Shown here one piece after another: positions 42,757-52,897 of a stretch of DNA of 64,000 nucleotides. Below the pieces are notes generated by a model that ran no database searches, was not told the DNA's origin, and saw nothing but the letters and a program-made list of their open reading frames with translations. Position 1 is the stretch's first letter, and each line of letters starts with the position of its first letter. A program made the translations under genes and the position numbers. The DNA comes from Nitrospirota bacterium (lineage in GTDB: Bacteria; Nitrospirota; UBA9217), in the NCBI GenBank assembly GCA_963845065.1, contig CAWJQQ010000001.1, positions 960,001 through 1,024,000 on the forward strand, given 5' to 3'.

Positions 42757-43584
42757 CTAAGGTACCATTGTCGGATTCCAAGAGCTGCGGAAGCCGTCAT
42801 TGAGACCGTCGAGTATCGACATATCTTCGCTGGTAAGTTCGAATTCGAAAACTCGTGCGTTCTCCGCAATCCTGTCGGCATGCCTCGACTTGGGGATAAC
42901 GACGACCTCATGCTGTATCGTCCAACGAAGCATAATTTGCGCGTTCGTACGGCCGTGCTGCTTGGCGATCGCCGTTATGCGAGGGTCATTCAGTCGGCGG
43001 CTTGCGGTAAGAGGAGCATATGCTTCGATTTGGATCTGCTGTGATCGGCAGAATTCGAGTAGTTCGCGCTGATAGAGAAAGGGACTGAACTCGACTTGGT
43101 TAACGGCGGGAACGACGGAGGATCGGTGAAGAAGGTCTTTCAGGTGACGTTCCGTGTAGTTGCTCACTCCAATTGAGCGGGTCCGACCGCTGTTCAGAAT
43201 GTTTTCCAGTGCCCGCCAGCTCTCCTCACGTAGCCCCGGGACAGGGAAATGGATCAGGTAGAGATCAATGTAGCCGAGACCCAGGTGCTTGAGGGAAGCG
43301 TCAAAGGCTCGATGTACGGAATCGTAACCGTGGTCGTCGTTCCAGAGCTTGGTTGTGACGAAGACTTCTTCACGGGGTACAACGCTGTCGCGGACCGCCT
43401 TACCAACATCTTCTTCGTTACCGTAGAAACTAGCGGTGTCCACAAGACGGTAGCCGGTATCAAGAGCTGCTTTGACCGACTGATACGATTCTGTGCCAGG
43501 ACGCAGAAGGTAAACCCCCAGGCCAAGCAGTGGAATGGAGATGCCGTTGTTTAGTTTTAAGGTAGATTTTAGGGTAAGTGGCAT
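42757..43584 (-). CDS. Aldo/keto reductase (DkgA/YvgN-like)
   Basis: DTASFYGNE, TTKLW, YLIHFP, IGVSNY, NQVE, IPKS. Confidence 0.94.
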   Translation of the reverse strand: MPLTLKSTLKLNNGISIPLLGLGVYLLRPGTESYQSVKAALDTGYRLVDTASFYGNEEDVGKAVRDSVVPREEVFVTTKLWNDDHGYDSVHRAFDASLKHLGLGYIDLYLIHFPVPGLREESWRALENILNSGRTRSIGVSNYTERHLKDLLHRSSVVPAVNQVEFSPFLYQRELLEFCRSQQIQIEAYAPLTASRRLNDPRITAIAKQHGRTNAQIMLRWTIQHEVVVIPKSRHADRIAENARVFEFELTSEDMSILDGLNDGFRSSWNPTMVP

Positions 43585-43674
43585 GGGTTTTCTTTATTGA
43601 CGCACTCACACCTCTAAGTCATAGGGGGGTTCCCGCGCTATTTCCCTAATCTAAGCGGTCTATGCATATCCCCT

Positions 43675-44721
43675 CTATGCGTGTGAACTAGCTTCTGAAG
43701 GCGTAACGTTGATTTCTAGACGTTCTTGCATGCGGAGCACGGACACATTGACCGGTTTGCCGATGGTCCAATCAGAAAGGAATTTCTGAAGCAGATCCAC
43801 CGTCATGATATCGGTCCCGTTCATAGCTACGATAAGATCGCCTTTCCGCATTCCAGCCTGCGCAGCAGGGCCACCGTGCGTCACCGAGAGAACTTCCACG
43901 GCGGACGCCTGTGTAATGTTGAAATAGCGGGCCGTCCTCCGACTAAGGGGACGTTGCTGCGCGGCGATGCCCAAATATCCCCGGCGCACCCTGCCGAGAG
44001 TGAGGAGCTGGGAAACGATCCATTTTGCAGTATCGGAAGGGATGGAGAAACCAATGCCCTGTGCGCCCATGATGATTGCCGTATTCAGTCCCACGATCCT
44101 TCCCCGCGAATCCACCAACGGGCCTCCTGAATTACCCGGATTGAGCGGTGCGGTGTGCTGAATAATGTTCTCGATTGCTCTACCTTCCCTGCTTCGTAGC
44201 GCCCTTCCGAGCGCGCTTATCACGCCGGTAGATACGGTGGATTGGAACCCGTAGGGATTGCCGATTGCGATCACGAGTTGCCCGACACGAAGGGATGCAG
44301 ATTCACCGAGCGTGGCAAACGGCACATTCGCGGAGTCGGCGCGGATTACGGCAAGATCGGTGGCAGGGTCTGTGCCCACCATATCCGCCGCGTGTGTCGT
44401 ACCATTCGTGAGCGACACGGTAAGCGACTTCGAGCCATGCACAACGTGATCGTTTGTCAAAATGTATCCATCCGGTGCAATGATGACGCCCGAGCCGGCA
44501 CCGCCCGCTTCAAACTCAGCGTTTTTTGGCCTCGTCCCGGTTGAGATGCTCACGACAGCAGGACCGACGGCCTCCACTACCGTTATGACCGCCCGTGAGT
44601 AGGCATCCAGGAGTTCAACGTTGGATTTCTCTGCAGTGCTCACTTCGCAGGGACCAGGTGAATTTTGTTTCTCGGCTGCGTTATTGATCACATTGAGCGT
44701 TCTTCGTGTCACGTCGTCCAT
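43675..44721 (-). CDS. S1C (HtrA-like) protease with one PDZ, no signal peptide
   Basis: TNDHV, DLAV, LNPGNSGGP. Confidence 0.9.
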   Translation of the reverse strand: MDDVTRRTLNVINNAAEKQNSPGPCEVSTAEKSNVELLDAYSRAVITVVEAVGPAVVSISTGTRPKNAEFEAGGAGSGVIIAPDGYILTNDHVVHGSKSLTVSLTNGTTHAADMVGTDPATDLAVIRADSANVPFATLGESASLRVGQLVIAIGNPYGFQSTVSTGVISALGRALRSREGRAIENIIQHTAPLNPGNSGGPLVDSRGRIVGLNTAIIMGAQGIGFSIPSDTAKWIVSQLLTLGRVRRGYLGIAAQQRPLSRRTARYFNITQASAVEVLSVTHGGPAAQAGMRKGDLIVAMNGTDIMTVDLLQKFLSDWTIGKPVNVSVLRMQERLEINVTPSEASSHA

Positions 44722-45109
44722 ATCAGTGTGTTCCTTATGGCGCAAAAACAACACATTTCTATGTAAACTCTATCATAACATCGTCCCGAAGTCCAAAATC
44801 TTCACAGGAGGGTAACGAACTAGCTTTTCCGACCAAGTACTTGTTGACGAATCACAACTCCGTGAGCATATTTGAAATCAAATTCTCTTCAAAATAAAAG
44901 GCAAGTAAGGCATGCGATGTTGGGATGTAAGGGGGAGGCATCTACGCTGGCCTTATAATCAAAGTTAATAAATCCTGGATGATCTCAATGATGCAGGGAT
45001 TTCTGAAAGTGAGTGGGAACAGATGGGGCTAGGGCATAACTGTTTGCATTAATGCGAGACTGAAAACTAATATTCAAACTAAGGGATCAAAATAGTCATA
45101 AAGTTGCGT

Positions 45110-45841
45110 TTATACGCCTTTGAGCCTCGGCAGGTCAATCCGATCCCCGTTCTTGAAGAGCTTGATCATGACCTGTCCTTTCACATATGAATAAATTTGG
45201 ACCTGCGCATTCCTACGCGAGCTTATACAGGTGGCGCCGGAGCCATCATAGTGAATAGCTGCAAAGTTATCGCAAGCGATCCCCACCATGTTTTCTCGGG
45301 CAACCATTTTTTTGAATGATGTATGACGCTTTTCGGAATCCAGATGCGGGCAATACAACCCTTGGCACAAACCGAGGGATCGGACTTTTATATAGGACCA
45401 GTTCTTCTTGCCTGAATATGCCCTTGAGTCTGAATGGCCCCATTCGTGCCAGCAGATCGCACCCGCGCTCAAGCCCGCAAGCACCGTTCCCCGCTTTCCG
45501 GCTTTAATCAGCAGTTTGTCGATCCCTAGATGCCGCCACATCTTCATCATACGAAGAGTATTACCTCCGCCGACATAGATTAAACTGGCTGACTCGATCT
45601 TCTTGTCTGCGGAAGCACGGTCTCCGAGTCTTCTGTAAAGGAGGAGGTGGTCCGTTCTACACCCAAGCAAATCTCCATATATACGGTCGAAAGTCTCGCA
45701 GTAGTCCACCTGATCGATGCTTGCCGTTGGAACAAAGAGAGCCCGGGGAGACTTTATGCCTGCCAGTCTGACGATAAACCTATCTATCGGAAGTGTCTGC
45801 TTCTTCTTTAAGCTACCGCCGCCGATTGCGATAATATTCAT
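45110..45841 (-). CDS. Peptidase E (S51) family
   Basis: IAIGGG, FVPTAS, YVGGGNT, GLSAGA, CPH. Confidence 0.88.
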   Translation of the reverse strand: MNIIAIGGGSLKKKQTLPIDRFIVRLAGIKSPRALFVPTASIDQVDYCETFDRIYGDLLGCRTDHLLLYRRLGDRASADKKIESASLIYVGGGNTLRMMKMWRHLGIDKLLIKAGKRGTVLAGLSAGAICWHEWGHSDSRAYSGKKNWSYIKVRSLGLCQGLYCPHLDSEKRHTSFKKMVARENMVGIACDNFAAIHYDGSGATCISSRRNAQVQIYSYVKGQVMIKLFKNGDRIDLPRLKGV

Positions 45842-45848
45842 ATTCCCC

Positions 45849-47759
45849 TTATATAGCGCCACCACACATTTCAACAACTTTCCTTACTAAAGCAGGTAGC
45901 GACGGGTCCCGCGCCCCCATGATGAGAATGCAGTCTTCTGGTTTCACGTCCGCTTTTAATCTGGTCAATAATGCATTTCGATCTTTTACAGCATTTGCAT
46001 TAAATGATACAGGACCAAGGCCATGAATAATATCTTCCGATGAAATATTCTTTTGCGCTGTGCCACCGGCATAATAGATGGGCAAAAGATAAAGGGAATC
46101 ATTTGGATGGAAGGCCGTTAGAAAGGTTGCGATGTATTCATCTTTCAAGAATCGTGTCGGACTAAACCCGTGCGGCTGATATACCGCAATAATGCGGCTG
46201 GAAAGGCCACGAGCTGCACGAACAGCAGCCGCTATCTTTGCTGGATTATGGGCAAAGTCATCAACCACATGCACGTTCTGCTTTGTTTTGGTCACAGAAA
46301 AACGCCGGGCTACACCTTCATAATTTTTTACCGCTTCGGCAAGCGTTGTTCCTTCACAGCCGAAATGTTCGCAAACGCAAAGCGCTGCGCATAAATTATC
46401 AAGATTGTGAGCACCTGGTAGCGGCAGAAGATATTGAGTGCCGCCGCGGAAAAGACTGACCGAAGAAGGCGATAGCTGTTCCTGGTCCGGTCGCCACGAG
46501 CCTGAACCATTACGGCCGAAGCGAACTGTTGCTGGAAGGGAAGCAAGAATTGGATCATCGGCATTAGAAGCTGTCCATAGCGATTGTGAAATCAACGTTT
46601 CAAAAAGCTGTCTTACTTCGTCAGTAGTCTTATGGTCCTTGGAAATATTCAGGATGACCGCGGCGGCCGGACAATATTTTACCAGCGATCCATCACTTTC
46701 GTCCGCTTCAACGACCAAGAGATCGGAGCCGCCGCTGTATGCGTTGCCGATAAGCCCTTGTTTCTCGAGTCTGCGTAGGCCCGCACCGCTTATGAGGGAG
46801 GGCGATTTTCCGCACGCGGTCATGAATTCGAAAATCATTGCGGTCACCGTCGACTTGCCGCTGGTGCCGGCCACTGCTATGGTTTTCTTTGTGGCGATGA
46901 TCGCGGCAAGCAGATCAGAGCGATGGACGATGGGAATACCACGGCTACGCGCAGCAGCGATGTCGGGATTCGATTCTTCTATTGCAGTTGAGACGCAGAC
47001 CACATCCGTATCCGCACTTACACCCAGACCGTCTTGATGAACGATAGAACACCCAAGACCTGCAAGCGATTGACGTATGTAGGCGGTATCCTCACTTGCA
47101 TGGAAACGATCGGACCCCGAGACCGTGATCCCCTGAAAGCGCAGGTATTGTGCGAGTGCGCTCATGCCGCTGCCGAAGATACCGGTGAAATGGACGTTTC
47201 TGCAATGCTTTTTATTGATAACAATTGGCAGGGGATCGATGTAGACGATGGTGCCTTCTTTGACCGACTCAAACAAACGAATGATGTCAAGATTGCGCAA
47301 GCACACACATCCGTGCGATAGGGGAGTCCCGATAAGGTCCTCGCGACCGGTACCGTGTATATATATATAACGCTCGTAGGAATCAACGCCAGCGCCTTTA
47401 TTGATTCCCTCCTCAAGGCCTTCGAGCCGCAGTATGCGGGTCAGGATCAGATTATCACCGTTCAGAATGTGATCCCAATCAGTGCCCGTATCCTCACGGT
47501 CTCTGAAAATGCGGCCCGCTGGTGCGCTGGCTCCAAATTTTTCCTTGATCCTATGAACGCCGAGGGGCGTTTTTAGCGAGTTCTCACGATTGCCATTACC
47601 AAAACGTGAGGTAGAGGTATCGTATCGCTCAACGATAGTGTCGTTTTTACAAACGAGAAGCGTTTGTGTCTCAATAGACACGACGAGAAAAGGTTCTCGC
47701 GGATCGCATAAAAAATTACGTAATTTATTGTAAATACGTCTTAATTGAACTGTTTCCAT
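45849..47759 (-). CDS. Fusion: YkuD/L,D-transpeptidase-family domain + MurC/Mpl-like ligase
   Basis: aa ~25-175 TPLG...YIHGT...SHGCV; then HFTGIFGSGMSALA, AGTSGKST, EADESDG, DH, DDFAHNP, QPH, MGA. Confidence 0.9.
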   Translation of the reverse strand: METVQLRRIYNKLRNFLCDPREPFLVVSIETQTLLVCKNDTIVERYDTSTSRFGNGNRENSLKTPLGVHRIKEKFGASAPAGRIFRDREDTGTDWDHILNGDNLILTRILRLEGLEEGINKGAGVDSYERYIYIHGTGREDLIGTPLSHGCVCLRNLDIIRLFESVKEGTIVYIDPLPIVINKKHCRNVHFTGIFGSGMSALAQYLRFQGITVSGSDRFHASEDTAYIRQSLAGLGCSIVHQDGLGVSADTDVVCVSTAIEESNPDIAAARSRGIPIVHRSDLLAAIIATKKTIAVAGTSGKSTVTAMIFEFMTACGKSPSLISGAGLRRLEKQGLIGNAYSGGSDLLVVEADESDGSLVKYCPAAAVILNISKDHKTTDEVRQLFETLISQSLWTASNADDPILASLPATVRFGRNGSGSWRPDQEQLSPSSVSLFRGGTQYLLPLPGAHNLDNLCAALCVCEHFGCEGTTLAEAVKNYEGVARRFSVTKTKQNVHVVDDFAHNPAKIAAAVRAARGLSSRIIAVYQPHGFSPTRFLKDEYIATFLTAFHPNDSLYLLPIYYAGGTAQKNISSEDIIHGLGPVSFNANAVKDRNALLTRLKADVKPEDCILIMGARDPSLPALVRKVVEMCGGAI

Positions 47760-47782
47760 ACGAGAAAGGCTATCTTCTTAAT

Positions 47783-49181
47783 TGACAACTGTCAGGACAT
47801 CGTGGACAAAAATAGCTGTCACGACATCGTGGACTCGCAACTTTGAAACTATATTATCCAGCGATACCGTGACAAGAGATTTTGCAGTCATCGCAGTTGA
47901 TAACTATATTCTTCAACTTGGATTGTTTCCAAGTAGAGTTTTAACTTTTGATCTTTGACATCGACAGTAGCCACAACGTATTCGTACTGAGTATTCGGTG
48001 GAGCAAGGAACATTTCGCCAAAGATGTTCAGCTTGCAGTCACTTCGGATGAATCGAACAAAATGATAGCATCCTGTTTCCGGTTTCTCCAGTGGGTGATG
48101 GGGCACATTCTTTTGACTCGGAAAGATCCTTTTCACTTTCATACGATCTAGTGCTTTAATCGGCGTTTGTCCTTTGATTTTGCTGTAGCGATAGGTGTTG
48201 TTATGCCGATGCTCGAATGCCAGAGATTCTTGCCGAAGCTGCACCATCGATATCATCGTGACCTTGTCGAGGAACTTCTGACGATAATGGTCATTGAACT
48301 TCTCGATTATCCCGTTTCGCCAGGGTTCGGCTGGTGGGATGAACCAGAGATTGACCCCAGAGAGCAAGCAGAGGCGGATAAGCGGCCCCATTCCTCGTGG
48401 GTAAACGGGACTTCCGAAGAAGGCGATTTCATTGTCTACCTGAAGATTCTCGGGGATGCCCATGCGCTGCCAGACCGCGTAAATGGCGTCCAGAATGCTC
48501 TGCGCTGACTTTGAGGGTATCGGCTCCATGCCGCAGAGGTTGATGGCGGTATCAATTGCATTCAAGCCATAGAACCGAATTGGACCGCTCAGATAACAGG
48601 GACCTACCAGATCAAGCTGGTGTGTCTGGTTGGGCGCTAGCGCCGGCAGTCCGGGATATTTCTTGCCCTTTGGTTCATACCGGCCGGTACGGCGATGGGT
48701 CAATTCACGACGGCGCAAAATTCGGCTGATTGTGCTCAGTGAGGGAAGCGGTCGCACCTCCATCTCTTCCAGTTCCCATCGTATGGCCTGGTCGCCGCAG
48801 AAGAGATCTTTGTTGTACAAGCTCCATCGGACCATCTCGACGATCATTTCGATTTCTGCGGGCGTGCGGTGAGGACTGACAAGCGGTTGCCGAGACCGCT
48901 CTTCAAACCATAACGAATCATCGGGCGCATACCGTGTCACCCATTTGTACAGCCATGCTCGAGAACGGCCAAGAGAATCACAAATCTCTTCCGGCTCTTC
49001 TCCATTGAAGAACCGCTGCACAGCTTTTAATCGTTCTTGCTTGATGCTCTTTTTCATGAACACCTCCCTTTTAGGTTTGGTGTTCATGATACGTTTATGC
49101 TGTGGCTATTCGATTGTCAAAGAACGTTTGTCCACGATGTCCTGACAGTAAAATCTGTCTACGATGTCGTGACAGTTATCA
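47783..49181 (-). mobile_element. Intact IS481-family insertion sequence, 1399 bp, 6-bp TSD CTTAAT
   Basis: Ends TGACAACTGTCAGGACATCGTGGACA / TGATAACTGTCACGACATCGTAGACA; CTTAAT at 47777-47782 and 49182-49187. Confidence 0.9.
47888..49057 (-). CDS. DDE transposase (HTH + rve), IS481-like
   Basis: HTH ...SRAWLYKW; HQLD, QVDN, IIEKFN catalytic triad; SD GGAGG. Confidence 0.9.
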   Translation of the reverse strand: MKKSIKQERLKAVQRFFNGEEPEEICDSLGRSRAWLYKWVTRYAPDDSLWFEERSRQPLVSPHRTPAEIEMIVEMVRWSLYNKDLFCGDQAIRWELEEMEVRPLPSLSTISRILRRRELTHRRTGRYEPKGKKYPGLPALAPNQTHQLDLVGPCYLSGPIRFYGLNAIDTAINLCGMEPIPSKSAQSILDAIYAVWQRMGIPENLQVDNEIAFFGSPVYPRGMGPLIRLCLLSGVNLWFIPPAEPWRNGIIEKFNDHYRQKFLDKVTMISMVQLRQESLAFEHRHNNTYRYSKIKGQTPIKALDRMKVKRIFPSQKNVPHHPLEKPETGCYHFVRFIRSDCKLNIFGEMFLAPPNTQYEYVVATVDVKDQKLKLYLETIQVEEYSYQLR

Positions 49182-49660
49182 CTTAATGCATATTATTGTA
49201 TTGTCAATGCCAACAACATAATAAAGGCAGCATCCGTGCATGTCAAGATGATACGTACGCATGGGGGCACTTAGCTTTGGTGAGGTGTTTTTTCTTCCGG
49301 TTTACAAATTAAATACTCCGTAGAATCTACCCAACTCTCTCTCCCGATATTATTGGATGGTCATGTGTGCCAGAAATATGTTTATCGGATCTTTAATATT
49401 GGATATTTGGCCGGACCAAGGAAACCATTGTGCTGTTGTTGCATGGTACATCTATTGTAATATCCTCGCATCCAATAAGGATAAACACCACCTAACTTGC
49501 TAACTGCTTGATAATTTGCCGGACATGGGTAAAATGATAAGTTTGGAGCTAAATTACCATGGGTAAGTGCTTGTAGTAAGATCTTTAACCTTGCCCGGAG
49601 ATAGAGGGAAATTTGGTATTTACCGCAAGATGGGGTACAATGAAAACAGAGGAGCATGGA

Positions 49661-49852
49661 ATGATTACACGTTACCACAGCACCGATGATCCAGACGGCC
49701 AGGAGAAAGAGAAAAAAAATCCAGAAAAACAAGCGAAATCAGTTAGTGACGACACCTGCAGGTGTAAAGAAGCCTCAGATATGACTCCTCGGCAACTTCT
49801 CGGACTCATGATAAGTGACCTAGCTTTCTGGAAAAAGGCAAAAAAAAGCTAA
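49661..49852 (+). CDS. Small hypothetical protein
   Basis: SD GAGGAG; C.C...MTPRQLL.LMISDLAFWKK; no family recognised. Confidence 0.4.
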   Translation: MITRYHSTDDPDGQEKEKKNPEKQAKSVSDDTCRCKEASDMTPRQLLGLMISDLAFWKKAKKS

Positions 49853-49922
49853 TCCTGGGAGCCTGTTGCAATTTTCAAACGGGATGCAGGAAAAATAAGT
49901 TCAATAAGGGGAGCTAGAACCA

Positions 49923-50528
49923 ATGGGTGATAAGCAGGTATTTCAGCCCCTTACGAGGGAAGATAAAATAACTGTTGTGCTATACCGTGTCGGTATTGTG
50001 ATTTGTACGATCATCATGAGCGCTCTGGCTAGTTTGCTGGCGACAGCATCTTCAAATTCCAATGCGGTACGCATCAGTTCGTCAGCAGATATTCTTATCT
50101 ATGGCCTTTATGCATCCATTGGTATCAGCGTATTTTCAATTCATCTTTATATTGGCAAGATCAAAGGATATCTGAGGAACCTGTACTTCATCAGTCTTGG
50201 CTGTCTTGTTGTTCTCCTCACAATTGGAAAAGGTTCCCTTTCCGGAGCGCTCGTGCACATACCTTACAGCCCGTTGCTCCTGCTGCCGCTTTCCGGATGT
50301 CTAGGGATCGTGACTGTTAAGGAGGCTTTCTGCTTCAAACTTTTCGAGGGCTATCTCCTTGCTATGATAATGCCGATCTATCTGCTGCTGGTTTCGGACA
50401 AAATCCTAGCAGGCCAAGGTGCATCCTATGGCTTAGTCATGATCGCCGCAATGCTTGTCATCTTCACACTGCGAAAAGTATTCATGCCCATGGCCTATGA
50501 TATCGGTGATAAATCCGCCTATCATTGA
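49923..50528 (+). CDS. DUF2301-family membrane protein
   Basis: IHLY, KEAFCF, DIGDKS motifs, ~6 TM. Confidence 0.8.
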   Translation: MGDKQVFQPLTREDKITVVLYRVGIVICTIIMSALASLLATASSNSNAVRISSSADILIYGLYASIGISVFSIHLYIGKIKGYLRNLYFISLGCLVVLLTIGKGSLSGALVHIPYSPLLLLPLSGCLGIVTVKEAFCFKLFEGYLLAMIMPIYLLLVSDKILAGQGASYGLVMIAAMLVIFTLRKVFMPMAYDIGDKSAYH

Positions 50529-50735
50529 TGTACTCCCACCGCTAAAGCATCTAGGGTTTCTCGCGATGGACTCCTATAATTTTAAAAAGGTCCTCGGTCG
50601 CGAATGAGCGCAAATAAATAAACCGCTTAACTCTTGTGACGTCTACGAAGACCATGAAGCAGCATTAGAGCTGTTTAGGGAAGTGGTTGCTGATTTTAGA
50701 AGTGAAAAGTGGCGTCTGGAAATAGCAGTTTCTCG

Positions 50736-50764
50736 TTGACGAATATCAAAAAAATCGGCATAGT
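50736..50764 (+). promoter_or_regulatory. sigma70 promoter, probable leaderless transcript
   Basis: TTGACG-17-CATAGT, 6 nt before ATG, no SD. Confidence 0.55.
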
Positions 50765-50770
50765 ACCTAT

Positions 50771-52408
50771 ATGATCATAATTAGCATCTTCGGTGGGATT
50801 CTTCTCCTTCTCTATGGCATCAAGCTATTAAACGATGGCCTCCAGAACGCTGCCGGTTCCAAGATTCGATCGCTTCTTCGCTCCCTCACCAGTAACCGAT
50901 TTTCGGCCGTGGGCGGCGGGGCCTTCATGACAGGCCTTATTCAATCAAGCAGTGCAACATCGGTCATGCTCGTGGGATTCGTAAGCGCAGGTCTCATGAG
51001 CTTCCGTCAAACGCTTGCTGTGATCCTCGGTGCGGATATCGGCGCCACGGTCACTGTACAACTCATCGCATTCCATATATATGACTACGCCATACTCCTG
51101 ATCGGCATAGGCCTCGTCTTTACGCTATTTTCAAAAAAAAACATCTACCGAAATGCCGGACAGGGTGTGCTAGGCTTCGGTTTCGTATTCCTTTCGCTCA
51201 AGCTGATGATCGATGGCATGGCGCCGCTCCAGGGCAACGAATTGTTCCGGCAGGTCTTCATCGCACTTTCAAATATGCCGATTGTGGGAATCGTGCTTTC
51301 CGCAGGGCTGACCGCATTGATACATAGCAGCGCAGCTACCATGGGCATTGCTATCGTTCTTGCTAAAAATGGCATGATCCCTCTTGATGCGGCTATCCAT
51401 CTCATCCTTGGCGCTAATATCGGTACATGTGCCACGGCACTAATTGCCAGCATACGATCTCCCGTTGAAGCGCGGCGCGTGGCGTGGGCGCATGTTTTTT
51501 TTAAGTTTTTTGGCGTGATGCTCTTCCTGCCATTTCTCGGCCTTTTTCAGGCCCTCGTGACTGAGACGACCCCCGATTTTACGCGCCAAATTGCAAATGC
51601 GAATACGCTGTTTAATATTATTATTGCGGTGCTTTTCCTACCGATCATCGGGCCATTCGCAAAAATGATTACTAAACTGGTACCGGAGAAGGAGGAAGAA
51701 AAGAAGTTTGGTCCGCTGTATCTTGACGAACATGTTCTCACAACACCATCGCTTGCGCTAGGCCAGGCTACGCGGGAAGTGCTCCGTGCTTCCGACATCG
51801 TTCGGGAAATGCTCATTGACGTGGTCAAGGTTTTTCAGAGCGATGACGATGCGATGATTACAGCCATCAAGAACAAGGATAATCTGATAGATCTGCTGGA
51901 CCGGCAAATTAGGTTCTACCTGACCCGCCTATCGTTATCCCCTCTTACCGAGTCCCAATCTCGCCGGAATATGGCCGTGCTCGAAACATCGCGCAATCTT
52001 GAGAACATCGGCGATATTATCGATCGGAACCTCATGCCCCTGGCTTTGAAACGAATAAGCAAAGGAATCTCTTTTTCCCAGGAAGGCCTGAAGGAAATGG
52101 GCTTGTACCACAAGCGGATCCTTGAAAATTTCGACACGGCTATTTCCGCTTTTGCAAGCCATGATCGTGACTTGGCTGAACGTGTACTTAGGAACAAGGA
52201 AGAACTCGGCATCATGGAGCGGGAACTGGTGCAGGCTCACTTCGACCGGCTCCGAAAGGGTTTGCGGGAATCCATCGAGACGAGTCATGTACATCTGGAC
52301 ATTATCAGCAACCTGGCGCGTATTAATTCTCTTATTACCCACCTCATTTACACTATCGCTGAAGAAAAGCGCGAAAGAGGACGGGAAGATGTGGGTATTG
52401 AACGTTGA
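50771..52408 (+). CDS. Na+/Pi cotransporter with PhoU-like C-terminus
   Basis: QSSSAT...GADIGAT and HSSAAT...GANIGT repeats; LENIGD. Confidence 0.93.
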   Translation: MIIISIFGGILLLLYGIKLLNDGLQNAAGSKIRSLLRSLTSNRFSAVGGGAFMTGLIQSSSATSVMLVGFVSAGLMSFRQTLAVILGADIGATVTVQLIAFHIYDYAILLIGIGLVFTLFSKKNIYRNAGQGVLGFGFVFLSLKLMIDGMAPLQGNELFRQVFIALSNMPIVGIVLSAGLTALIHSSAATMGIAIVLAKNGMIPLDAAIHLILGANIGTCATALIASIRSPVEARRVAWAHVFFKFFGVMLFLPFLGLFQALVTETTPDFTRQIANANTLFNIIIAVLFLPIIGPFAKMITKLVPEKEEEKKFGPLYLDEHVLTTPSLALGQATREVLRASDIVREMLIDVVKVFQSDDDAMITAIKNKDNLIDLLDRQIRFYLTRLSLSPLTESQSRRNMAVLETSRNLENIGDIIDRNLMPLALKRISKGISFSQEGLKEMGLYHKRILENFDTAISAFASHDRDLAERVLRNKEELGIMERELVQAHFDRLRKGLRESIETSHVHLDIISNLARINSLITHLIYTIAEEKRERGREDVGIER

Positions 52409-52498
52409 CGTACAATATATATGGTCTGGGTCCAGTGGCAACGTGTTGCAGTAATCTTGGCCGGTGACTCTTGGCTTGTTCATTGAGGAGGTTTTGTT

Positions 52499-52897
52499 GT
52501 GATCAAGCAACTCAGGGTGCAGACGAATTCAAGGACCGAACTTATGGACATTACCCAGGGTGTACAGCGGATTGTTGCCGAGAGCGGTGTCCGTTCCGGA
52601 ATCTGCTATATTACCATACCGCACACGACCGCAGCAGTCACAATTAACGAAAACTCAGATCCAAATGTTGGGCGCGATATCCTGAAAGAATTGAATAGGG
52701 TTATTCCCTTTGACGATAATTACAGTCATAACGAAGGCAATTCCGCCGCTCATATCAAGTCTAGCTTAATCGGCGTTTCCAAAGTTGTGATGGTGGAGGA
52801 GGGACGGCTCGCACTCGGTACCTGGCAGGCAGTGTTTTTTTGCGAATTTGACGGCCCCCGCGACCGCAGGGTGATGGTGAAAGTGATGAAGGACTAA
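52499..52897 (+). CDS. yjbQ: YjbQ/UPF0047 family protein
   Basis: PHTTA, NEN, HNEGNSAAHIKS, LGTWQ, EFDG. Confidence 0.93.
   Translation: MIKQLRVQTNSRTELMDITQGVQRIVAESGVRSGICYITIPHTTAAVTINENSDPNVGRDILKELNRVIPFDDNYSHNEGNSAAHIKSSLIGVSKVVMVEEGRLALGTWQAVFFCEFDGPRDRRVMVKVMKD

Noticed and set aside
50545..50610. Guanidine-I or fluoride riboswitch before the Na/Pi transporter
   Set aside because: Only short CTAGGGTT / GCGATGGA matches; the rest of the consensus is absent and the gene has its own proximal promoter
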